Of a stretch of 10,969 nucleotides of DNA, positions 1-7,256 are shown piece by piece (position 1 is the first letter of the stretch; every line of letters starts with the position of its first letter). Both the position numbers and the translations under genes were made by a program. Origin of the DNA: PVC group bacterium (lineage in GTDB: Bacteria > Auribacterota > Erginobacteria > Erginobacterales > Erginobacteraceae); the NCBI GenBank assembly GCA_043804695.1, contig JAZDIV010000109.1, positions 1-10,969 on the forward strand. The letters run 5' to 3'. Under the pieces are notes generated by a model. The model did no database searches and had not been told where the DNA came from. It worked only from the letters and a program-made list of their open reading frames with translations.

Positions 1-1
1 C

Positions 2-1087
2 CTGGTTTTCGGGGTGATCGCCCCCCTTTCCCTGCTGGGGATGATTCTGGGCTGGGGCGGGCGGCGGAGACTGCTTCTCCTCTATTTCTTCATCGGGGGC
101 TACGTCTTCTCCACGATGCTTTATTTTGTCAACTCCCGCTACCGGCTGCCGCTGGTGCCCTTCCTGCTCCTCTTTGCCGGATATAGCTTCTACTGGTGGC
201 GGGAGAGGATCCGGCAAAAGCGCTGGAATAAGATTATTATTTCCCTCCCGGCGCTCCTGCTCCTGGTTGTCTGGGTTAACCCCGGGCTGATAACAGAACC
301 CCGTTTTGTCCTCAACCTGGGCGCGGGCCACAACCACCTCGGCACCTACTACTCCCAGCAGGGAGACATGGACCGGGCCCGGGCCGAGTTCGAGAAAGCT
401 CTCCAGCTGGAGCCGTACCGGCCGGAAGCCCATTACAATCTGGCCAATATCCTGTTCAAGCTCGGCGATCTCTCCGCGGCGGAAAAAGCATACGAGGAGG
501 CCATCCGCCGCAACCCTTTCTACGAATCGGCCCACCTGGCCCTGGCCATGCTCTATGAGCAGCGGGGGGAAGAGGAAAAGGCCCGCCAGAAGTACCGGGA
601 GATTATCCAGAACCTCCCCTCCAGCACCCGGGCCTATCTCGGGCTGAGCAAGCTTCTGATCGCGAACGGCCGGGCGGAGGAAGCAGTGGAGATCCTGAAT
701 AAAGCCGTCTCGATCAGCCCCGATCTCCCCGAATTCTATCTTTTTCTGGGCGCGGCGCATGAAAAAAGCGGAGACCCGACCGCGGCGGTCGCGGCGCTGG
801 AAAAAGGGACCAAGTCTGTTCCCGGAGACGGACGCCTGCACCTGGAACTGGGATGGCGCCTCGGCGCCCTGCCCGCGGAAAGAGAGAGAAGCCTTTTCCA
901 CCTTCAGGAAGCCGTCCGGTTGATGCCGGAGAATGCCGTCGCCTATCTCTTGCTCGGGGACTTTTACTACCGGTCGGGAGACCGCGCCGGAGCCAGACGG
1001 GCCTGGCTGACGGCCCGGGAGCTCAAACCGGATGACCCGGAGATCGAGAAGCGGCTGAAAGTCGCGGCCGGCAGCCTCACGCGGTGA
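2..1087 (+). CDS. 5'-truncated membrane protein with C-terminal TPR array; likely C-terminal part of a GT-C (PMT/ArnT-like) glycosyltransferase-TPR fusion
   Basis: The frame is open from position 2 (CTG GTT TTC GGG GTG...), so the GTG at 14 is probably internal. Hydrophobic helices with ...YFVNSRYRLPLVPFLLLFAG are followed by ~7 TPR-like units (HNHLGTYY...ARAEFEKALQLEP, AHYNLANILF...YEEAIRRNP, AHLALAMLYE, AYLGLSKLL...AVSISP, FYLFLGAAHE, AYLLLGDFYY...ARELKP). Stop TGA at 1085-1087. The TPR call is strong; the glycosyltransferase call is inferred from the RYRLP-type membrane segment. Confidence 0.85.
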   Translation: MVFGVIAPLSLLGMILGWGGRRRLLLLYFFIGGYVFSTMLYFVNSRYRLPLVPFLLLFAGYSFYWWRERIRQKRWNKIIISLPALLLLVVWVNPGLITEPRFVLNLGAGHNHLGTYYSQQGDMDRARAEFEKALQLEPYRPEAHYNLANILFKLGDLSAAEKAYEEAIRRNPFYESAHLALAMLYEQRGEEEKARQKYREIIQNLPSSTRAYLGLSKLLIANGRAEEAVEILNKAVSISPDLPEFYLFLGAAHEKSGDPTAAVAALEKGTKSVPGDGRLHLELGWRLGALPAERERSLFHLQEAVRLMPENAVAYLLLGDFYYRSGDRAGARRAWLTARELKPDDPEIEKRLKVAAGSLTR

Positions 1088-2471
1088 CCTCTCCGGGAGG
1101 GGGGACATCCGCCTCCCGGCGGCCGGCCATGAACCGCAAGCGGCTCCAGCGACCCCGATGAAACCACCAGGTGACCAGCAGTCCGTTGAGAACAGCCTCC
1201 CCCAGAACGGCCTGCCAGATGCCATCCAGGCCGGTAAGCCATGACCCCGGCCAGGCCAGGGCGATCACCATGAGCAGCAAAGAAAAGCCCGTGATGGCCA
1301 TCGGCCCCACTGTGTCTCCCGCGCCGTGCAAGGATTTTCCCAGGACCAGGGTCACCGAGAGGGCGAGAAAGGAGACGGCGAGATAGCGGATGAAGACCGC
1401 CCCGTCCAGCAGCACCCCCGGATCCCGGTTGAAGACGCCGACCACGCTCCCCGGGAAGATCAGAAAGAGGGCGACGACCGGCAACAGCATGAACTCATAG
1501 ACGCCCCAGGACAGCCACGCGGTCCGGCGGGCCCGATCCGGCTGTCCGGCGCCCAGGTTCTGCCCGACCAGGACGCCTGAAGCGTAGCCCAGCCCGATCC
1601 CCGGCATGACGACGATCGCCCGGATCCGGGCCCCGATGCCGTAGGCGGCCAGGGCCGCGGTCCCGTAGCCGGACACGAACTTCAAGAGCACGATCATCGC
1701 CAGGGAACGGAGCATCATCTCCAGGGAGCTGAAGAAACCGATCCGGACGATTTTCCCCATGACCCGGAGGTCGATCCGTCGGAACGCCCCGGCGAGATCG
1801 AGATGCGACCGCTTCGACCGGGCCAGGAAGATGATGACGGCCACCGTGACCAGCCGGGAGAGAACCGTGGCCAGGGCGGAACCGTGCACCCCCCGGGCCG
1901 GGATCACGCCCCACCCGAAGATTAGGACCGGGTCGAGAAGACAATTCAGGGCGGCGCCCAGCGCCATGACCTTGAACGGGGTCCAGGCGTCCCCGGCGCC
2001 CCGAAGGGCGGAGCTGAAGGCGACAAAGATGAAGATCGTCCAGGCCCCGGCGCTGATGATCCGGAAGTAGACCACCGCCAGCTCCAGTACGTCCCCCCGG
2101 GCGCCCAGAAAGCCCAGCAGGGGCCGGGCCAGGAACCACCCCCCCAGCCCGAACCCGGCGGAGAGGAGAAGGCTGAGGTGGAATGACTGCCCGACCACCA
2201 GCGCCGCCGCCCGGTACTGACGGGCCCCCCAGCATCGGGAGACCAGGGCCAGCGTGCCCATCGAGATGCCGATTGCCACCGTTATCAGGAGCGCGATAAT
2301 AATTCCGCTGACGGTGACCGCGGCCAGGGCGCCGGGGCCCAGCTTCCCCACAAAGAACATGTCCACCAGATTAAAAGTGCTCTGAAGGAGGCTGGTGGCG
2401 ATGGTGGGTATTCCCAGATGAATGACCGCCCGGAATGTGCTCCCCTCGGTTAAGTTTCTGGGGGGACGCAT
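1077..2471 (-). CDS. MATE family (MOP superfamily) efflux transporter
   Basis: 464 aa with ~12 hydrophobic segments. Typical MATE motifs: NLTEG, FNLVDMFFVGKLG..ALAAV, LRGAGDAWTP, LNCLLDPVLIFG, GSALATVLSR, ALAAYGIG, VGQNLGAG, LHGAGDT. The start lies 3 nt downstream of the GH57 stop. Confidence 0.95.
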   Translation of the reverse strand: MRPPRNLTEGSTFRAVIHLGIPTIATSLLQSTFNLVDMFFVGKLGPGALAAVTVSGIIIALLITVAIGISMGTLALVSRCWGARQYRAAALVVGQSFHLSLLLSAGFGLGGWFLARPLLGFLGARGDVLELAVVYFRIISAGAWTIFIFVAFSSALRGAGDAWTPFKVMALGAALNCLLDPVLIFGWGVIPARGVHGSALATVLSRLVTVAVIIFLARSKRSHLDLAGAFRRIDLRVMGKIVRIGFFSSLEMMLRSLAMIVLLKFVSGYGTAALAAYGIGARIRAIVVMPGIGLGYASGVLVGQNLGAGQPDRARRTAWLSWGVYEFMLLPVVALFLIFPGSVVGVFNRDPGVLLDGAVFIRYLAVSFLALSVTLVLGKSLHGAGDTVGPMAITGFSLLLMVIALAWPGSWLTGLDGIWQAVLGEAVLNGLLVTWWFHRGRWSRLRFMAGRREADVPPPGEVTA

Positions 2472-2474
2472 CTT

Positions 2475-4919
2475 TCAGTCCGGGAAGAGGTTGACCCGGA
2501 GGAGTCTGCCCAGTCTCTGGAAATGGCTGAGCCAGCGGGCGGCGGCCGCGTCGCCGTCCGCCTTCCGTTTCTGGAGCGGCCCGAGGAGCGCTTTGCCGAT
2601 CGCGAAGTACCTGTTCTGGGCGTGCCACAATGATATCTTGATCGAGACGGGTTCCAGGGTTTTTAAAAAGGACTCCACCCGGTTCAACCGGCCGCTGTCT
2701 TCGGGGGCCTGGCTGAACCGGTCCACCAGATCATTGAGCCGGGCGGTGGCGTACTTTCCCAGCTGGTCGTCATCCGGCGTGAATTGCCACTTCTGCGCCT
2801 CCTGCACCGCCTCCCGGAGACGGGAGATATTCAGTTTTTCGGCGGTGAGCGCCTCGCGGAGCTCGGCGTTGACCGTGCAGTGCACGGTCCAGGAGAGGGC
2901 CGGCGGCATGGACAATCCCGCCTCCTTCAGGGCCTGAATGATCGGATAGTGATACTCGGCCAGCTTCTTAAGGGTCGTCTCCACTTCCAGCACCGTCCCC
3001 TCCAGGACGCGGCGGACCATCTTTCTCCGCTCATCCGGCAGCAGCTGTCCGGGGCCGATGATGCGATTGGGAAAATATTTATCCATCAGACGGATCATCG
3101 AGGAGAGGTCGCTCTTGAGAAACGCCTCTTTGAGACAGGTGCCGAAATCAAGCGGGCCGCTTTCCCCCGAGGCGTCCCGGACGCCTCCCATCAGGGTGTT
3201 GTCCCCCAGGTAGAGAGCGGCGAAATCGACCTCCTTCTCTTCCATCGTCGCTCGGGAGCGAAGCAGGGCCGTGCCGACGGCCAGGACCCGTTTGCCGGCC
3301 CGGGTCCGCTCATACCATTTCTTCTCCACGACGTGGCTGTAGAGCTCCGCTTTTTCCGGGTAATCCTGAAAAAGAGACGAGATCCCGTACTGGGCCCCGA
3401 TCGCCGAAAGGCTGACCCGGGAGGGAAGCACCTTCTCACGGTAGACCCGGGCTCCGTCCTCGAGCTGTTTGATGTTGCTGGGGGCGCGGGACAGCTTCGA
3501 GAGAAACTGCTCTTCCAGCCCGCCGGTCCCGCATTCTTCCGCCAGCTGAATGGCCCGGGTCGCGTACTTCAATATCTGCACGGTCTCCAGCCCCGAGATC
3601 TCATCAAAGAACCAGGCGCAGCTGGTGTACATCAGCATCGCGTGGCGTTCCATCTCCAGCAGCTTCAGGGCGGTAATCCGCTCGGGGACCGACAGCTCCC
3701 GGCGGGCCTGGCGGCGGAGGAAATCTTCACTGTGCCCCGGGGAACGGTCCAGGATCACCGAGATGTACTCATCCCGGGCCCGCCAGGGATCGGGAAAAAC
3801 TCCCTCCAGACCATTTTTAAAGACCGGGATCAGGCTGTCCCGCAGCCAGTCCAGGGCTTCCCGGAGCGGTTGCCGCCAGGCCTGTGTCCAGCCCCGGTGC
3901 ATCCCCGAGTTGCATCCGCAGTTCCCCCGCCAGCGCTCCACTCCGTGGGCGCAGCTCCAGGAGGAGTTCTCCACGATCTCCACTTCATGTGAGGGCGGGT
4001 ACTTCTCGAGGTACTCCCCGTACACGGTGAGACGGACGTCCGTCGCGGTCTGGATGTAGCGCAGGCAGGCGGCCAGCGCCATGTCTCCGTGAGCGCGGTG
4101 ATGGCCGTAGGTCTCCCCGTCGGTGGCGATGTGGGCCAGCTGGGGATAGGGCGCCGCCGGGGAGAAGGTGTCGATCAGCCGGCGGGCCAGCCCCTCGCCG
4201 TTCTCCAGGAGGTTCGAGAAGGCGATCTCCTGTGAAGGGGGGCCGTCATAAAAGAAGATGGAGATGCTTCGGCCGGAGGGGAGGAGACAGCGGTAGGGCA
4301 TCTTGGGATCGACCCGCCCCCCCTCCACGCTCTCCCAGTTCGGACTGCCGATGGCGCGCACCCTCCGCGCCTGGGAGGGGGCCAGGATGGTGAAGAGGAT
4401 ACCGCACCCGGCGAGCACTTCCAGTGTCTCGGTATTGACCGCCGTCTCCGGAAGCCACATCCCTTCCGGCTGCCGTTTAAACCGGCGCTGAAAATCCTGG
4501 ATGCCCCAGATAATCTGGGTGCGCTTATCCCGACCGTTCGCCAGCGGCATGATCAGATGATTGTACGCCTGGGCCAGCGCCGAACCGTGGCCGGAAAACT
4601 GGCGGCGACTTTCCCAGTCCGCCTCCAGGATCTCCCGGTAGGTCCAGGGGCTTTTCTTCTCCATCCAGGCCAGCAGGGTCGGCCCGAAGTTGAAGCTGAT
4701 CTTGGAATAGTTGTTGACAATGTCGATGATCTGCTGCTGCCGGTCCAAAACCCGGGAGGCGGTGTTGGGGGCGTAACATTCAACGTTTATCCGTTCATTC
4801 CAGTCGTGGAAAGGATAGGCCGACTCCTCGGCCTCGACCACCTCCAGCCAGGGGTTCTCCCGGGGCAGCTGGTAGAAATGCCCGTGAATGCAGATGTATT
4901 TGCCGTTGTTGTTATTCAT
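2475..4919 (-). CDS. Glycoside hydrolase family 57 protein with DUF3536-type C-terminal region
   Basis: 814 aa. Contains IHGHFYQLPRENPW, PFHDWNERI..ECYAPN, SFNFGPTLLAW, AYNHLIMPLA, GMWLPETAV (GH57 nucleophile Glu region), ATDGETYGHH (acid/base Asp region), SWSCAHGVERW and MYTSCAWFFDEISGLE. Confidence 0.93.
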   Translation of the reverse strand: MNNNNGKYICIHGHFYQLPRENPWLEVVEAEESAYPFHDWNERINVECYAPNTASRVLDRQQQIIDIVNNYSKISFNFGPTLLAWMEKKSPWTYREILEADWESRRQFSGHGSALAQAYNHLIMPLANGRDKRTQIIWGIQDFQRRFKRQPEGMWLPETAVNTETLEVLAGCGILFTILAPSQARRVRAIGSPNWESVEGGRVDPKMPYRCLLPSGRSISIFFYDGPPSQEIAFSNLLENGEGLARRLIDTFSPAAPYPQLAHIATDGETYGHHRAHGDMALAACLRYIQTATDVRLTVYGEYLEKYPPSHEVEIVENSSWSCAHGVERWRGNCGCNSGMHRGWTQAWRQPLREALDWLRDSLIPVFKNGLEGVFPDPWRARDEYISVILDRSPGHSEDFLRRQARRELSVPERITALKLLEMERHAMLMYTSCAWFFDEISGLETVQILKYATRAIQLAEECGTGGLEEQFLSKLSRAPSNIKQLEDGARVYREKVLPSRVSLSAIGAQYGISSLFQDYPEKAELYSHVVEKKWYERTRAGKRVLAVGTALLRSRATMEEKEVDFAALYLGDNTLMGGVRDASGESGPLDFGTCLKEAFLKSDLSSMIRLMDKYFPNRIIGPGQLLPDERRKMVRRVLEGTVLEVETTLKKLAEYHYPIIQALKEAGLSMPPALSWTVHCTVNAELREALTAEKLNISRLREAVQEAQKWQFTPDDDQLGKYATARLNDLVDRFSQAPEDSGRLNRVESFLKTLEPVSIKISLWHAQNRYFAIGKALLGPLQKRKADGDAAAARWLSHFQRLGRLLRVNLFPD

Positions 4920-4947
4920 TATAAATTAGCTCGTTATAAATTAGCTC
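4919..4947. repeat. Perfect 14-bp direct repeat TTATAAATTAGCTC x2 (15-bp period) at the GH57 start
   Basis: Copies at 4919-4932 and 4934-4947, separated by one G. On the - strand it reads GAGCTAATTTATAA-C-GAGCTAATTTATAA, and the last A is the A of the ATG. Confidence 0.9.
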
Positions 4948-4995
4948 TCTGCCTCTTGCTATCTATTAGACGCGCGGAGCGGAAAGATCAACTAT

Positions 4996-5032
4996 TATTT
5001 TCCTGAGGGGAGAATCTCCCCTCAGGAAAATA
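4996..5032. terminator. 18-bp perfect inverted repeat overlapping the thioredoxin-TPR stop codon; putative terminator or mRNA-stabilising hairpin
   Basis: TATTTTCCTGAGGGGAGA (4996-5013), A, TCTCCCCTCAGGAAAATA (5015-5032). The repeat is certain. Terminator function is inferred, and there is no clear U-tract after the stem on the - strand. Confidence 0.55.
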
Positions 5033-5885
5033 GTATCATGGAGAGATCCCGTTCATACTTCTTCCCCGCCGGACTCGACCGGCCGAGGAACTCGATGATT
5101 TTTACGTACGCGTCCCGGGCGACCCCGTCTTCAAAGGACTTATCGATCCGGAGAACCTGCAGGAGCGTATCCAGCGCCCTTTCATACTCCCCGCCCCGGG
5201 CATAGATGACAGCCAGGGAAAAGAGGGCCGGCGGGTCCTCCGGCGAGGCTTTCAAGGCGGCCGTTATCTCGTTCAGATCGGGGACGGCCAGTCTCTGGAA
5301 ATAGATCCGGGAGAGCATGGGAGGAACCTTGTCATACCCGGGGGTCCCCCTGGTGACGGCGGCCAAATATTTTTCCGCTTCCTCGAACCGGCCCTGCTGG
5401 AAGGTGATGATGCCCATCCCCAGGGAGGCGGCCGGGTTCCGGGAATCCCCCTCCAGGAGCTCGCGATAGATTTTCTCGGCCTCTTCCCAGCGGCCCCCGG
5501 CCAGATAGCCGTTCGCCTCCTCGATCCTCGGGGCCTTTTCATCGGGGAGGATACCGGAGATGATCTTTCGCACCCGGTCGGCCGGGAGCGCTCCCACGAA
5601 CTCGCTGACCACCTCACCCCCGGCAAATATCTTCACGGCGGGGATGCTCTGGATCCCGTACCGCGCCGCCAGCCCCGGGCTCTTCTCGACATCGACCTTG
5701 GCCAGAACAATCCGGCCTTTCTGCTCGGCCACCGCCTCTTCCAGAACCGGGCCCAGCATCCGGCAGGGGGCGCACCAGTCGGCCCAGAAGTCGACGATCA
5801 CCGGCAGCTCGCGGGACCTCTCCAGCACCGTCCGGGTAAAATCCGCTTCCGCCGCCTCGAAGACATAACCGGATTTATCCGTCAT
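5022..5885 (-). CDS. Thioredoxin domain + TPR protein (CnoX/YbbN-like chaperedoxin)
   Basis: N-terminal thioredoxin fold (PVIVDFWADWCAPCRMLGP, LAKVDVE, YGIQSIPAVK, FVGALP) followed by TPR-like helices ending LSMILFS. I moved the start from 5963 to the ATG at 5885 (MTDKSGY, 287 aa) because it is preceded by an SD-like AAGGGAGGG and avoids a long overlap with the upstream gene. Confidence 0.9.
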   Translation of the reverse strand: MTDKSGYVFEAAEADFTRTVLERSRELPVIVDFWADWCAPCRMLGPVLEEAVAEQKGRIVLAKVDVEKSPGLAARYGIQSIPAVKIFAGGEVVSEFVGALPADRVRKIISGILPDEKAPRIEEANGYLAGGRWEEAEKIYRELLEGDSRNPAASLGMGIITFQQGRFEEAEKYLAAVTRGTPGYDKVPPMLSRIYFQRLAVPDLNEITAALKASPEDPPALFSLAVIYARGGEYERALDTLLQVLRIDKSFEDGVARDAYVKIIEFLGRSSPAGKKYERDLSMILFS

Positions 5886-7117
5886 AACGATCCCTCCCTT
5901 TCGCTCTCTTATTTTCCCGAAGGGAAAATAAGAGGCGGCAGTATTCGTTCGGGAGCCGGGCATAGAAAGAACAGGCCGTCAGCAGATGCTCGATCGGGAC
6001 CCGCTCGTCGGGCTGATGGGCCAGTTCCTCTTTTCCCGGTCCGAAGCCGATCGTGGAAATGCCGTGCCTCCCCATCGTGCTCACCCCGTTGGTGCTGAAC
6101 CCCCAGGTGCCGACAGCCGGTGTTCCCCCCCCCGATCAGGGTCAGTGTCTCCCGGGCGCTCCCGACCAGCGGCGACTCCTCATCCGTGACCCAGCCCGGA
6201 AAAAACTTTCTCCCCTCCAGAAGAGCCCCGCGGTGAGACAGCTCCCGGTAGATCGGAACGGTGATCTCGAAATGAGCGTCATCGAAAAGAGCCCGAATCT
6301 CGTCCCGAAGATTCTCTTCCGTCTCTTGCGGACAGAACCGCCGGTCGATCAGTATCCGGCAGGTATCGGGGACCGAGTTCCCGCTCGGGCTCCCCGACCG
6401 GATGTCGGTGATGCTGATCCGCCCGCGGCCGAAGGCAGGATGGGAGTGAAGCCGGGGAGCGATCTCCCGGATTCTCCCGATCAGGGGCGTCATCCGGTAG
6501 ATCGCGTTCTCTCCCTTCTCCGGGCAGAAGGCGTGGGCGGAACGGCCGGCCGCGGTCACCGCCATCTCCAGGTGCCCGAGCTGCCCGCGCTTGATGGTCA
6601 GGCCGGTCGGCTCGGTCAGGATCACTCCTTCCGGCCGGAACTTTTCCTTGACGATGAGGTGGTCCCAGCAGAGGCCCTCGCAGTTCTCCTCCTGGATGGA
6701 AATGACGAGGTGAAGAGTGCAGTCAGCCGGCAGCCCCTGTTCTCCGATGAGGCGGCCGGCATAGACCGCGGCGACCACACCCCCTTTCTGATCTACCGTC
6801 CCCCTCCCCCAGACCCATCCGTCCCGTTCGAGGCCCTGGTACGGGTCGCACCCCCAATCGGCGATCGCTCCCGGCCCCACGGTGTCGGCGTGAGCGTCGA
6901 TGGCCAGCGCGTGCTCTCCGGAACCGATCTTTCCCAGGAGGTTGCCGATCCCGTCGTAATGAATCTCTTCCCAGCCCGTCTTTGCCATCTCGGCCGCGAT
7001 CCGTTCCAGCACCGCCCCTTCCCCCCCGCTCGGCGACGGAATGGCGACAATCTCCCGCAGAAACCGCACCATATCGGGGGTCAGACCTTGTTTATCTAAC
7101 TGTTCCCTGGTTCTCAT
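5875..7117 (-). CDS. M20/ArgE-DapE family metallohydrolase, YgeY-like; frameshifted at a G9 tract (6125-6133)
   Basis: The frame from 7117 has IPSPSGGE, DGIGNLLG, IDAHADTVG, GRGTVDQKGG, QEENCEGLCW, LTEPT, GRSAHA..PEKGENAIY and NSVPD.C.I.IDRR. The conserved C-terminus (PAVGTWGFSTNGVSTMGRHGISTIGFGPGKEELAHQPDE) is in the +1 frame, which stops at 5875-5877. Removing one G gives a continuous 413-aa protein. As written, the ORF runs to 5909 (402 aa) with a non-family tail. Confidence 0.85.
5906..5934. repeat. 13-bp perfect inverted repeat with 3-nt loop just upstream of the thioredoxin-TPR ribosome-binding site
   Basis: CTCTTATTTTCCC (5906-5918), GAA, GGGAAAATAAGAG (5922-5934). It can be extended by CGC/GCG (5902-5904 with 5935-5937) if T5905 is bulged. 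Confidence 0.85.
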
Positions 7118-7173
7118 TTATCCAGCCTGCCGGCCCCTGGCAATCTACTTTTTTATAAATTAAAGAAGCGAGA

Positions 7174-7182
7174 TTTATACCA
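7174..7182 (-). promoter_or_regulatory. Candidate extended -10 promoter element (TG-G-TATAAA) upstream of the M20 gene
   Basis: TGGTATAAA on the - strand in the AT-rich 7118-7256 gap, ~57 nt before the ATG at 7117. No good -35 at canonical spacing. Confidence 0.3.
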
Positions 7183-7256
7183 CGAGACCGCGCGCCATTT
7201 AAAGAATAAAACAAGCTCTGGCCCTGAAATGGTGCGATAAACAAGGTCTGACCCCG

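Noticed and set aside
1495..2235. Same-strand alternative-frame ORFs (246 aa inside MATE; also 306-647, 5273-5626, 10212-10532)
   Set aside because: They are Arg/Gly/Pro-rich off-frame translations, and the host genes are intact without them.
2784..3992. 402-aa + strand ORF, and similar long antisense ORFs (2422-2937, 6053-7099, 7263-7862, 8043-8663, 9107-9856)
   Set aside because: They lie antisense to well-supported genes and have no recognisable motifs. Such shadow ORFs are expected in GC-rich coding DNA.
4905..4916. AAT-AAC-AAC-AAC (poly-Asn) at the GH57 N-terminus
   Set aside because: It is a very short in-frame triplet run, consistent with ordinary A-rich 5' coding bias.
4963..4991. 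Sigma70-like promoter TTGATC-N17-TAATAG on the - strand upstream of GH57
   Set aside because: The -10 matches only 3 of 6 consensus bases and lacks the conserved final T, which is too weak to call.
5886..5963. N-terminal extension of the thioredoxin-TPR ORF (start 5963)
   Set aside because: It overlaps the M20 C-terminus and the hairpin. The ATG at 5885 has a good SD and starts just before the thioredoxin fold.
5875..6084. 69-aa ORF as an independent small gene
   Set aside because: It is the out-of-frame C-terminus of the M20 hydrolase; family-like sequence continues upstream of its GTG to the G9 tract.
6136..6138. TGA next to the G tract as a selenocysteine codon, given the YgeY-selenium association
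   Set aside because: The TGA is in the +1 frame upstream of the shift point and is not read in the reconstructed protein. No conserved Cys is expected at that position.
7021..7027. Other 7-nt G/C runs (1099-1105, 2139-2145, 4317-4323, 7021-7027) as phase-variation sites
   Set aside because: Reading frames and family motifs continue through them, and runs of this length are unremarkable at this GC content.
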